Translations under genes and position numbers: made by a program
Part shown: positions 21,452 to 30,546 of the stretch, in pieces
How the letters are laid out: every line of letters starts with the position of its first letter
How positions within the stretch are numbered: position 1 is the stretch's first letter
Notes under the pieces: model-generated
Database searches by the model: none
The model's input: the letters and a program-made list of their open reading frames with translations, nothing else
What the model was told of the DNA's origin: nothing
Source: Bacteroidota bacterium
Lineage (GTDB): Bacteria > Bacteroidota > Bacteroidia > Chitinophagales > CAIODY01
Assembly: GCA_046051225.1 (NCBI GenBank)
Contig: JBJOOR010000009.1
Location: 40,835 to 104,834 of the forward strand
DNA length: 64,000 nucleotides
Direction: 5' to 3'

Positions 21452-22246
21452 TTATGCTCCTTTAAATTGGGGTTTTCTTTTTTCATTAAATGCTGTTATG
21501 CCTTCAGCATAATCATTGCTATAGCCTGCTATTTTTTGGCAATAGGCTTCATATTCAAGCATGGTTTCTAAATCGGAATGAAATGATTTATTTAGCATTT
21601 TCTTCATCATCCCAATTGCTTTGGTAGGTGCCGTTGAATAATAATCGGTATAAAATTTTACTGTTTCATCCAGTTGTTCCATGGGTACTACTTTGTTTAC
21701 CAAGCCCAATTGTAAAGCTTCATTTGCCGATACTTTTGTGCCCATGGTACTCATTTCAAATGCTTTTGTACTTCCCACTATTCGTGGTAAGAAATACGAT
21801 GAGCCACTATCTAAAACCAATCCTACATTTACAAATACTTCTATCAAACTGGCATTTTCGGCAGCCACAATAATATCAGATGCAATGGCTAAACTGCAAC
21901 CGGCACCAGCCGCTACACCATTTAATTTACAAATGATTGGTTTAGGCATCATACGCATTAATCGTACAATAGGGTTGTATCGCTTGTATAAAGATTCGCT
22001 TAAATCTCGTTTGCCCGTCATATCTTTTATAGCTTTTAAATCTTGTCCACTACAAAATGCTTTGCCATTGCCTGTAAATACTATCACTCTTACCATAACA
22101 TCGTTGGTAGCCAATTTTAAGGCGTCTTGTAATTCAAAACTCATCTCGTCATTAAATGCATTAAATACATCGGGGCGATTTAATGTAATGGTGGCAATAT
22201 TGTTTTCAACTTCATATACGATTGTGTTAAATTCTTTGGTGCTCAT
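21452..22246 (-). CDS. enoyl-CoA hydratase/isomerase family protein
   Basis: Crotonase signature TGNGKAFCSGQDL and oxyanion region NGVAAGAG. Abuts the downstream MORN gene. Confidence 0.9.
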   Translation of the reverse strand: MSTKEFNTIVYEVENNIATITLNRPDVFNAFNDEMSFELQDALKLATNDVMVRVIVFTGNGKAFCSGQDLKAIKDMTGKRDLSESLYKRYNPIVRLMRMMPKPIICKLNGVAAGAGCSLAIASDIIVAAENASLIEVFVNVGLVLDSGSSYFLPRIVGSTKAFEMSTMGTKVSANEALQLGLVNKVVPMEQLDETVKFYTDYYSTAPTKAIGMMKKMLNKSFHSDLETMLEYEAYCQKIAGYSNDYAEGITAFNEKRKPQFKGA

Positions 22247-22270
22247 TTTTTTGGGGATTAATGAAATGAT

Positions 22271-22309
22271 AAAAAAAAATCCTAAATGCTTAGTATCGCT
22301 TTAGGATTT
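22271..22309 (-). terminator. rho-independent terminator after the Cys-rich gene
   Basis: AAATCCTAAA (22277-22286) pairs with TTTAGGATTT (22300-22309). On the minus strand the hairpin is followed by a run of nine T. Confidence 0.7.
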
Positions 22310-22333
22310 TTCAATTGGTTTATTAATTGTAAT

Positions 22334-22711
22334 TTATTTATGGTTGGCTGTTTCTTCATTTTTTTCATTAGCATGTTCTTCGCTTTCCTCATTTTTTGTT
22401 TCGGCTTTATCGTTTTCTTGTTCACATTTATCTTTCTTTTTACAACAAGCTTTTTCTTCGCCTTCATTGCAGCCCTCACATTCGCCTTTACCAGTTTCAG
22501 CACCCCATAATTGCTGCTGCTCAATATTTTCTATTTTATCTTCTTCGCATTTTTGACATGTGGCGCAAATGCTGCAATGTGCACATTGTTGCCTGCCTAT
22601 TACTATTCGTAACAAACATGCTATGCTGATTACAAAAACAAAAGCTAATGCTATTCTAAAAAGATAGTTGGTTGGTTTATTACTTTCTGATGTGTGATTT
22701 GAATGACTCAT
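22334..22711 (-). CDS. hypothetical Cys-rich, E/K-rich single-pass membrane protein
   Basis: One TM helix (FRIALAFVFVISIACLL), then CAHCSICATCQKC and CEGC...ACC...C clusters, then an acidic/lysine tail. Has its own terminator. Frame choice is supported by the TM segment but the region is low-complexity. Confidence 0.5.
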   Translation of the reverse strand: MSHSNHTSESNKPTNYLFRIALAFVFVISIACLLRIVIGRQQCAHCSICATCQKCEEDKIENIEQQQLWGAETGKGECEGCNEGEEKACCKKKDKCEQENDKAETKNEESEEHANEKNEETANHK

Positions 22712-22924
22712 AAATATTTTTTATTTGATGCAACAAAAATAATTTAAAACTATAAAGTAAGAAGTTTTTTGCAAGGAATATTTTTCAATAGGGGGTGTTA
22801 GATTTATTAATCGTTTATCATTAAGGTGGTGAATAACTCTGAAATAAATTGGAATGAGTTTTCTCTTCTTACATTTTTTTGAAGGATAGGGAAAAATAAT
22901 TAGTGTCGGTTTCATTTTTTTAAT

Positions 22925-22955
22925 TTTTGGTGAAACAAATAGATTTTGGTGAAAC
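22925..22955. repeat. perfect 12-bp direct repeat TTTTGGTGAAAC x2
   Basis: 22925-22936 and 22944-22955 are identical. Degenerate GTGAA(A/C) copies occur at ~22959, ~22982 and ~23054. Confidence 0.7.
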
Positions 22956-23010
22956 ATTAGTGAACCAAAAACCGACGAAAAGTGAAATAGTATGAAATTA
23001 TAAAAAACAA

Positions 23011-23045
23011 AAAAGCCTTTCAAATACTTGATTTGAAAGGCTTTT
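23011..23045. terminator. perfect 15-bp stem-loop terminator downstream of tRNA-Lys
   Basis: AAAAGCCTTTCAAAT / ATTTGAAAGGCTTTT with a 5-nt loop. A-run and T-run on either side. Confidence 0.8.
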
Positions 23046-23068
23046 TTGTTTTAGTGAAACTTACTAAG

Positions 23069-23141
23069 TGATCCCGCTGGGACTCGAACCCAGGACCCCA
23101 ACATTAAAAGTGTTATGCTCTACCAGCTGAGCTACGGAATC
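23069..23141 (-). tRNA. tRNA-Lys (anticodon UUU)
   Basis: Reverse complement GATTCCGTAGCTCAGCTGGTAGAGCATAACACTTTTAATGTTGGGGTCCTGGGTTCGAGTCCCAGCGGGATCA folds as a cloverleaf: 7-bp acceptor stem, anticodon loop CTTTTAA, GGTTCGAGTCC T-arm. CCA is not encoded. Confidence 0.95.
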
Positions 23142-23228
23142 ATCACAAAGTATTTTACTACCTCGTTGCTTTTTTAAGCGGCTGCAAAAATACACCCAGA
23201 TTTTAATTTTGCAAATAGTTTTTAATCT

Positions 23229-24902
23229 TTATTTTTTATTTTTAGAAAAATAATTTTCTATTTCCTTCAAATCCTTGCTATTAAAGCATTGTGTGGCCGT
23301 TAAAAATCCTTTACGTGCTGATGCAATTCCAAATTTTATATCGTCTAATCCTTTTAAATCATGTGCATCTGGATTTATTGAAATCATTACATCTTTTTCA
23401 ATGGCATATGGAATCCATTTCCAATCCATATCTAAACGGTATGGACTTGCATTTAATTCAATGATAACGTTATTGGTTGCACAAGCATCAATTATTTTTT
23501 TGTGATTGATAGGATATCCTTCACGACTTAATAATAATCTACCCGTAGGATGACCAAGTATTGTTGTATAAGGATTTTCAATGGCTTTTATCAATCGTTT
23601 CATAGCTGTTTCTTCATTCATTCGTAATGTTGAATGAATTGATGCAATTACAAAATCAAACGTTTTTAAAATATCTTCCGAGTAATCTAAATCGCCATTA
23701 TATAAAATATCAGATTCAATTCCTTTAAATATTTTAAAGTTGTTGTATGAAGAATTTAATGCATCTATTTCCTGATGTTGCTGAAAAATTATTTCTGCTT
23801 TTAATCCATCAGCATACGTGGCTGATTGCGAATGGTCGCTCATACACAAGTATTCAAACCCTTTATTTATGCAGGCTTCAGCTAATTCTTTGATTGTATT
23901 TTTGCCATCGCTATATTTTGAATGGCAATGAATAATGCCTCTAATATCTCTTTCTTCAATTAATGTAGGAAGATTATTTTCAATCGCTAAATCTACCTCA
24001 ATTGTTCCTTCTCTTAATTCTGGTTCGATAAATGGTAAATTAATTGATTCATAAATTTCTGCTTCGTTTTCATATTCAGCTAATTCAATTTTTTCTAATA
24101 GTTGAAGATGGGCAAAAGATGAAGATGAGTTAAACCAATTAAATTCGAAATATTGCGCTTCAGATAAAATTATTTGAATAGGAAATCGAGTTAAATAATT
24201 ACAGCTTACGATTAAATTTTCTTCATCAAAAGCTACATTGCTAATTTCTTCTAAGCTTTCTAAACATTCAATTAATTCCATTTCATTTTGCAGGGTTGTA
24301 ATTAATTCAATGCTTTCTAATACAATATTTTTTCTTCTGATATTGCCAGTAAATTCAAATCGTTCATCAAAATTTTGATTTAAAATATCCAACAAATGTT
24401 GGGCAACAATTAATCCTTCGGCATAAAAAAACTTATGCTTGTTTATATTAATAAATTGAATTTGCTTGATGATTTCGTTCTGTGTTTTTTCGCCAAATCC
24501 TTTTAATTCAATCAGTCTGTTTTCGTTGCAGGCATATAATAATTCACCTACATCTTCAATTTCTAATTCTATCCAAATTGTTCTTAGTTTTTTAGGACCA
24601 ATTCCTTTAATCCTCATCATCTCTAACAACCCAACTGGTGTTTTATTCAATAGCGTTTGCAATGCCTCAATCGAGCCTTTATTAAGGTATTCTTTAATGG
24701 TCGATAAAACAGAATTGCCAACGGCAGGAATTTTTAAAATAGCATCATCGCTCATTTCGGTTAATGACGTTTTCCATTTATCAATTTGAAACGAAGCAGC
24801 AGAAAATGATTTTGCTTTGAATGAATTTTCATCATGCAAATCCATCAACTTACTAATCAATTTTAATTGGTCAGCAATTTCATCGTTCGAAAAATTTTCC
24901 AT
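23229..24902 (-). CDS. polX: PolX-family DNA polymerase/PHP phosphoesterase
   Basis: N-terminal HhH / pol-beta-like region (IKGIGPKK, LKGFGEKT) and a C-terminal PHP domain (IIHCHSKYSDG, MSDHS, SIH, INPDAH). Confidence 0.85.
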   Translation of the reverse strand: MENFSNDEIADQLKLISKLMDLHDENSFKAKSFSAASFQIDKWKTSLTEMSDDAILKIPAVGNSVLSTIKEYLNKGSIEALQTLLNKTPVGLLEMMRIKGIGPKKLRTIWIELEIEDVGELLYACNENRLIELKGFGEKTQNEIIKQIQFININKHKFFYAEGLIVAQHLLDILNQNFDERFEFTGNIRRKNIVLESIELITTLQNEMELIECLESLEEISNVAFDEENLIVSCNYLTRFPIQIILSEAQYFEFNWFNSSSSFAHLQLLEKIELAEYENEAEIYESINLPFIEPELREGTIEVDLAIENNLPTLIEERDIRGIIHCHSKYSDGKNTIKELAEACINKGFEYLCMSDHSQSATYADGLKAEIIFQQHQEIDALNSSYNNFKIFKGIESDILYNGDLDYSEDILKTFDFVIASIHSTLRMNEETAMKRLIKAIENPYTTILGHPTGRLLLSREGYPINHKKIIDACATNNVIIELNASPYRLDMDWKWIPYAIEKDVMISINPDAHDLKGLDDIKFGIASARKGFLTATQCFNSKDLKEIENYFSKNKK

Positions 24903-24912
24903 ACCAACAAGA

Positions 24913-25995
24913 TTACAAATACTGTTTTAAAATGGCAGTGATTTTTTCAGAAGCTATACCATCACCCAAACAATTTGAATTTAAAGTTGGTATTTTAATA
25001 TTATGATAAGCTTCGATGATATTATGTTTTAATGGTCCAGCCTGCTGATTCCAGCCTTCTTGCACGGTTTCTACCCATTCAGTTTGGGTATCGGTTAGTA
25101 TACCTGGGGTATGATGAAAATAAGCTTCTTTGGTAATGCCACCCGAATCTGTATAAACAAATTTTGCAAAACGGATTAATGTTTGCGAATCAATATACCC
25201 CAATGGTTCGGTTAAAATAATATTGGGTTGATTAATTAAGTTTTCCATTCCATTTTCTTTTACCACTTTTAATGTTCGTGGATGAATAGGAAAAATTACC
25301 ATTTCTTTAAAATTTTGAATGGCTTCCAAAATATTTCGTAAATTCCCCACATCATCAGTGTTTGAAGCCCGATGGCAAGTCATAAAAATAAATTCTTTTT
25401 TCTTTATTCCGTATTTTTCAAATATTGAATATTGGTTGGCTTCAATTTCAGGAATATTTTGTTCGATTATATCAATCATCACATCGCCTACATTATAAAC
25501 GTGCTGCGTTATACCCATACTTTTTAAAATGTCAATGGCTTTGGGCGTAGGACAAAAATAAAAATCGGATAAAATATCGGTGATTAATTTGTTAGATTCT
25601 TCAGGAATATATTTATTAAACTCTCTTAATCCAGCTTCAATATGTGCTAATTTTGATTTTGTTTTGATGGCTGCAATAGAAGCCGCCGCAGTAGAATTTG
25701 TATCGCCAAATACAATTACACAATCGGGTTTTTCTTTCAAAAAAATATCTTCCATTTCAATCAGCATTCGTGCAATCTGCCTACATGGTGTATCCGAGCC
25801 AATTCCTAAATTATAATCGGGGTTGGGTATTCCTAATTCTTTAAAAATATTTCCACTCATACCTGCGTCATAATGTTGCCCAGTATGAATAATTATTTCA
25901 TCAAATTCTTTACGTATTGCTTTCGATAAAGGTGCTAGTTTTATGAATTGCGGTCGGGCACCAACCACAGATATTATTTTTTTTTTCATACTCAT
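24913..25995 (-). CDS. wecB: UDP-N-acetylglucosamine 2-epimerase (WecB-like)
   Basis: VVGARPQFIKLAP N-terminus with GDTNSTAA and HIEAGLR motifs of the epimerase_2 family. Confidence 0.85.
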   Translation of the reverse strand: MSMKKKIISVVGARPQFIKLAPLSKAIRKEFDEIIIHTGQHYDAGMSGNIFKELGIPNPDYNLGIGSDTPCRQIARMLIEMEDIFLKEKPDCVIVFGDTNSTAAASIAAIKTKSKLAHIEAGLREFNKYIPEESNKLITDILSDFYFCPTPKAIDILKSMGITQHVYNVGDVMIDIIEQNIPEIEANQYSIFEKYGIKKKEFIFMTCHRASNTDDVGNLRNILEAIQNFKEMVIFPIHPRTLKVVKENGMENLINQPNIILTEPLGYIDSQTLIRFAKFVYTDSGGITKEAYFHHTPGILTDTQTEWVETVQEGWNQQAGPLKHNIIEAYHNIKIPTLNSNCLGDGIASEKITAILKQYL

Positions 25996-26682
25996 TTAAA
26001 ATGCATTTTTTACAATTGCTGAAGCTTCTTTGCCGCAGTTAAACAATAAATCTATGATTGACATATTAGGAACAAAATCGCCCCAAAGTTGCTTGTATTG
26101 TGGATGTTTGAAATTTGTAATGGTTAATTCAATATTATGTTGGTTGTATAATTCAGCTTCTTGATAATTATTTCCCCCAAATCCCGATAGATATTTTGTG
26201 GCATTAATTTGCTTACAAATATTTATTAATCGTATGGTTGATTCGCCTTCTGCTTTTATTTCGGAAGAAATAATTAGTGGCGTATTTATTTCTAAAACAT
26301 GGCAAACAAATTTTATTAAAGCAATATTTATTGCTGCCATATTTTCGCCGCTGTGCAATAAACAGTTTTCAAACTGGGGAAAATAATCATTATAAAAAGG
26401 GGCTTTTTTATAGTTGCCTTCTACTGTTTTTAACACTTTTTTTATGTTATGTTCAAATTGAACAATGCCTACTTCATTAATGTTTTGCCCAAATTTACCA
26501 GTTTGTAATGCAGGCAGTGTAAGCCATTGAGCACCTTGTGGTGTTTTAATTTGATTTCGATTAATGAAACTGTTTTTTGTAAATTGTACATCATCCAATA
26601 ATACAAAAATATCTGCTTTTTCAATTTTATAAAAATATCCAATCCAAGGCACAAAATTGGGTTGATGAATGGCTGCTATCAT
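25996..26682 (-). CDS. WbqC family protein
   Basis: N-terminal IHQPNFVPWIGYFYKI and C-terminal MSIIDLLFNCG are typical of WbqC-like proteins. Abuts the epimerase gene. Confidence 0.8.
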   Translation of the reverse strand: MIAAIHQPNFVPWIGYFYKIEKADIFVLLDDVQFTKNSFINRNQIKTPQGAQWLTLPALQTGKFGQNINEVGIVQFEHNIKKVLKTVEGNYKKAPFYNDYFPQFENCLLHSGENMAAINIALIKFVCHVLEINTPLIISSEIKAEGESTIRLINICKQINATKYLSGFGGNNYQEAELYNQHNIELTITNFKHPQYKQLWGDFVPNMSIIDLLFNCGKEASAIVKNAF

Positions 26683-26694
26683 TTATTGGTATTT

Positions 26695-27105
26695 TTATAT
26701 ATCGTAATTGTAAATTTTAGCTTCTCCATCAAGTACAATTTCATTATTTTGATTGGTGCATGTAGTAGATAAAATGAATTTAAATTTATCAATTTCAATT
26801 TCTTTTATGGTAATCATAACAGTAATCGTATCATCTATAAAAACAGGAAGAGTAAATTTGATTTGTTGTGCAGCATAGATACTCCCTATACCAGGTAAAT
26901 GATTGCCAATCGCATTAGAAATTAATCCTAAAATAAACATTCCATGAACAATGTTTTTTTTGAATCGTGTTGTTTTAGCATATTCTTCATCAAAATGAAT
27001 TGGATTGTAATCACCCGTAACTTTACCATATAATTCTACATCTGTTTTCAAAATTTTCTTTTGAAAGCTAAATGTATCACCAATATTAAATTTGCTTACT
27101 TCCAT
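26695..27105 (-). CDS. MaoC-like (R)-hydratase/dehydratase hotdog protein
   Basis: 136 aa. GDYNPIHFDEEYAK matches the MaoC hydratase motif. Confidence 0.75.
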   Translation of the reverse strand: MEVSKFNIGDTFSFQKKILKTDVELYGKVTGDYNPIHFDEEYAKTTRFKKNIVHGMFILGLISNAIGNHLPGIGSIYAAQQIKFTLPVFIDDTITVMITIKEIEIDKFKFILSTTCTNQNNEIVLDGEAKIYNYDI

Positions 27106-27650
27106 TTCGATTTATATTCTTCAAATTTTTTATAAAAATTTTCTTTGAATAAACATACAATCATATTATCAATATAAACACCATCTTTAAATAAAGATTC
27201 TTTGTATCTGCCTGTTACTTCGAAGCCAATTTTATTTTGATCGAAATGTAAAGTTTTTTCATTTGTTGATAAAACATAACCATACATCATGTGCATATTA
27301 AATTGTTGAAACAATAAATCGCAAAAAGAAAAAATGGCATCAACTGCATGACCTTTTCCCCAGAAATTTTTATTTCCAATTGTCCAACCAACTTCACAAT
27401 TTTTATTTATATGATCAATTTTCATTGCCGAAATAACTCCAATAGCCTCATTTGTTTCTTTATCGCAAATCACTAATTTCTTTTTTGAATTATCTGTCAT
27501 TTGCTTTTCGTACCATTTTTTCTGTTCGAACATACTTACAGGAAAACTATTCACAAATGAAACTCTAATTTCGGGGTCAAAATTCCAATCTCTAATCATC
27601 GAAATGTCCGATTCTTCCATAGCTCTTAAATAAGTTATTCTTCCAATCAT
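27096..27650 (-). CDS. GNAT family N-acetyltransferase
   Basis: RimJ/RimL-like layout of 184 aa, with W.GKGHA in the acetyl-CoA binding region. Overlaps the MaoC start by 10 nt. Confidence 0.75.
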   Translation of the reverse strand: MIGRITYLRAMEESDISMIRDWNFDPEIRVSFVNSFPVSMFEQKKWYEKQMTDNSKKKLVICDKETNEAIGVISAMKIDHINKNCEVGWTIGNKNFWGKGHAVDAIFSFCDLLFQQFNMHMMYGYVLSTNEKTLHFDQNKIGFEVTGRYKESLFKDGVYIDNMIVCLFKENFYKKFEEYKSKWK

Positions 27651-27664
27651 AATGTGTTATTATT

Positions 27665-28294
27665 TTATTGAATTATTCTAATCATTTCAAATGCTTCGGC
27701 ATATCTGGTTGCTATTTGCGCACCTCTTACTCTTGCCAAGCCAAATATAAATTCATCATCTACATAGCTTCTGAAATTTTGTGTTTTATAGCATCGCATA
27801 GCTTCTGCTTTTTTGTCTACATTTTCTTTTTCTAATTTAAAAAATGAAGTGGTTCTAAATTCAACCGTATCCCACGGTAAATCATAACCATAAATAGTTA
27901 GGTGCTTGTAAGCTCTAATTCCTTCGCTATAAATTGCATGATGATCTTGATGCAAAGCATTTGAGCAAGGCATAAAAATAATATCAGGCTTTAGTTCGCT
28001 ACGTAGCCTTACCATATCTTCTAATATTTCTTGCCTTACGCTACTAAATTTTCTAACTTTATAAGGCATTATAATTAAGTTTTCGGGCTTAATGCCTAAT
28101 ACTTTTGTAGCGTCTTTTACTTCAAGTTCTAACGCATTTTTTGGAAACCCTGCTGGCACCGATTCTTCGCAAGTAGAAAAGGCTACATAAAATACTTCGT
28201 TGCCTTCTGCTATTAATTTATTAATAGTGCCTCCACAACCTAATTCGCCATCATCAGTATGTGGTGCTAAAACTAAAATTCGCTTGTTGATCAT
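27665..28294 (-). CDS. PIG-L/LmbE family deacetylase
   Basis: LAPHTDDGELGCGG (PHxDD) and HQDHH metal-binding motifs. Confidence 0.85.
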   Translation of the reverse strand: MINKRILVLAPHTDDGELGCGGTINKLIAEGNEVFYVAFSTCEESVPAGFPKNALELEVKDATKVLGIKPENLIIMPYKVRKFSSVRQEILEDMVRLRSELKPDIIFMPCSNALHQDHHAIYSEGIRAYKHLTIYGYDLPWDTVEFRTTSFFKLEKENVDKKAEAMRCYKTQNFRSYVDDEFIFGLARVRGAQIATRYAEAFEMIRIIQ

Positions 28295-28324
28295 TTTATT
28301 TTTTTGATATTGAATAATGCAAAG

Positions 28325-29347
28325 TTATTTTTTTATAAAAACTTTTACTAATAAATTCCATACTTGATTTGCAAATGGGCGCAGAATATATTTTTCGGAA
28401 ACACCAGACAATTCGAATACACCAAATCGGCGTTTAAAACTAGATATGCCTTCAATAAATTTTGCATCGCCATTGCTTTCATCTTTTGATGTTTGCCCTA
28501 AATTATAAAATAGAAATCCCCTATCCTTATAAATTTGAATAAGCTGCCATTGGGTATAATTGCCTGCTCCAACCGAATTTTTTAAAGAGCCAGCAAATGC
28601 ATAATAAGCTGTATTGCCGTATACGGTTACAAATGCACCAAACAATGGAATTTCATTGTGATAAGCAATATAAAGTTCAACCGCATTAAAGCTGGATAAC
28701 TTTGAATAATAAAATTTAATAAAATCGTAATTAGGACCATTTTTTTCTTGATGACTATATGTGTTTTTTAAAAGCGAAATGAATAGTTCAATATCATTAA
28801 CTTGAATTAATTTTACACCTTCTTTTTCACCTTTTCTAATGTGATTGCGATGTTTAGCATGCACATTATTCCACAATTCTTCTTTTGTTTTCGATAAATC
28901 TACAATGGCAATATTATATTCTTTTTTAGTAGTAGGATTAAATAAACTATTTAGTGTGATTGGTCGGCCATAATAGTTGCCATGTATTGCTGTTGCTGGG
29001 TTTGATGCCGCAACATATTTTTTTAATTCGGCTTCTATTATGTTCTTAATTTCATCTTTTCTAGTATTCATTATTTCAAGCAAAATAATAGGTTCGCCAA
29101 TAAAGCTAATGCTTTGGCTAATGCTTCTAATAAAAGTTGGTAGGCGTTTACTTTCCCATTTATAAAATTTATAAGCAGCTATTAATTTGCCATTTTCAAT
29201 TAGATGTAAATAGATAGATTGATGTTGAAAAAATTGCTGTACCTCATCGCTATAAGTAGCCTGAATTAAATTGCCGTTCGATTTGGCTAATTCATTCCAT
29301 GCTGCTTCGTCAAGTGGTTTGTTTTCAGTTATTTTGATGTCAATCAT
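28325..29347 (-). CDS. FemAB-like / GNAT-fold acyl- or aminoacyl-transferase
   Basis: HRNHIRKGEKEGV, AYYAFAGS and SSFKRRFG resemble the FemA/FemB/FemX peptidoglycan-bridge transferase family. Confidence 0.65.
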   Translation of the reverse strand: MIDIKITENKPLDEAAWNELAKSNGNLIQATYSDEVQQFFQHQSIYLHLIENGKLIAAYKFYKWESKRLPTFIRSISQSISFIGEPIILLEIMNTRKDEIKNIIEAELKKYVAASNPATAIHGNYYGRPITLNSLFNPTTKKEYNIAIVDLSKTKEELWNNVHAKHRNHIRKGEKEGVKLIQVNDIELFISLLKNTYSHQEKNGPNYDFIKFYYSKLSSFNAVELYIAYHNEIPLFGAFVTVYGNTAYYAFAGSLKNSVGAGNYTQWQLIQIYKDRGFLFYNLGQTSKDESNGDAKFIEGISSFKRRFGVFELSGVSEKYILRPFANQVWNLLVKVFIKK

Positions 29348-29365
29348 TTAGTAATATTCTAATCG

Positions 29366-30544
29366 TTATTCAGAAAAGTGGTTTTGTTTTATTTCACTAA
29401 AAAGCGAAATCAATTTTTTTTGTTCGTTTTCCCAATTCAATTCTTCTTTTGCTTTTTGCAAATTTTCTTTCCAAATATGGGTAGCCATTATTTTATTAAA
29501 GCCATTAAGGTAAGCATTTTTTTCGTCGGGGTTTACACAAATGCCAACATGGTAAGGTTCTACAATATTAATATATTCGGGCTGTTGGGTGGCTAAAATT
29601 GGAATACCCGATATAATATAATCGAACAATTTATTATCTAAAGCATACCAATACGATAAATCACTTTTATTCCAAGTAGGTACTAACCCCACATCTGCCG
29701 ATGCCAACGTTTCAGGTACTTTTTGTAATGGTACATAAGGATGATAAAAAATATTGGAATATCCCTTTGTAGCCACATAATTAAAAATTCCTTTTTTGCC
29801 ATCATTATCGCTTGCCATCATAATGAAAGCAATATTGGGTTGATTGCCAAATTCATCAATTACTTGTTCTAAATTTAAAGTTTTAAGATAAACACTACCG
29901 CCAATAAAAATTAAAATTTTTGTTGAATCAGGCAAGTTAAAATGTTTTCGAAAATAATTGTTCGACTCGTTTATTGATGCTGATTTTGCTGGTATATTTC
30001 GTAATACAACGGCTTTGTTTTTTAACTGCAAGTATTCGTTTAAATTGTCGGCTAATGATTTACAAACGGTTATTACATAGTCCGTTAAATTTGCATTTTT
30101 TCTTTCTCTAATAATTTCATATTTTCTAACCAAATACGATTTTATCATCAACCATTTGCTGCTATAAGATGATACATTTAGCGGCCAAGCATGAAACAAT
30201 TCTCGTGATTCGTAAACTAATATCACATTTGGTTTCAACTTTTTTATTTCTTTGCCAATATGATAATTTAGTTGATTATGGCAATACAATACATCAAATT
30301 CAAATTGGTTAATTAGCGTTTTTACTATTTGTTTTCGGGCTGTAAAATTCTTTGGGTCGTGCAGTGCAGCGCCATCTAAAAGCCTGTGTAATGGTATGCT
30401 TTCAAATGTATCTTCGGTAGGTTTATTGGTTTCTATTTTATGAATTAGCGTTAATTCAAATCCATTATCACGTAATGAAAAAATTTCATTTCTGGCTCGT
30501 CTATCATTGTAGATATGGTTTTCGAGCAACATTAATATTTTCAT
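29366..30544 (-). CDS. glycosyltransferase (GT-B fold, GT4-like)
   Basis: 392 aa with a two-Rossmann layout. C-terminal ...ADVGLVP...NKLFDYI..G.P... resembles the GT4 E-x7-E region. Confidence 0.7.
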   Translation of the reverse strand: MKILMLLENHIYNDRRARNEIFSLRDNGFELTLIHKIETNKPTEDTFESIPLHRLLDGAALHDPKNFTARKQIVKTLINQFEFDVLYCHNQLNYHIGKEIKKLKPNVILVYESRELFHAWPLNVSSYSSKWLMIKSYLVRKYEIIRERKNANLTDYVITVCKSLADNLNEYLQLKNKAVVLRNIPAKSASINESNNYFRKHFNLPDSTKILIFIGGSVYLKTLNLEQVIDEFGNQPNIAFIMMASDNDGKKGIFNYVATKGYSNIFYHPYVPLQKVPETLASADVGLVPTWNKSDLSYWYALDNKLFDYIISGIPILATQQPEYINIVEPYHVGICVNPDEKNAYLNGFNKIMATHIWKENLQKAKEELNWENEQKKLISLFSEIKQNHFSE

Positions 30545-30546
30545 TT

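Noticed and set aside
21681-22304. 207-aa plus-strand ORF
   Set aside because: It is entirely antisense to the enoyl-CoA hydratase gene, which has clear crotonase motifs. This is a typical shadow ORF.
22282-22629. Four overlapping 70-80-aa ORFs on both strands in the region encoding the Cys-rich protein's tail
   Set aside because: They are artefacts of the GAA/AAA-rich low-complexity DNA. Only the 125-aa minus-strand frame has a TM helix, an ordered Cys pattern and a terminator.
22721-23023. 100-aa minus-strand ORF in the tRNA-Lys / Cys-rich gene spacer
   Set aside because: It is a hydrophobic, low-complexity translation of T-rich DNA. It overlaps the direct repeats and the terminator hairpin, and there is no promoter box upstream.
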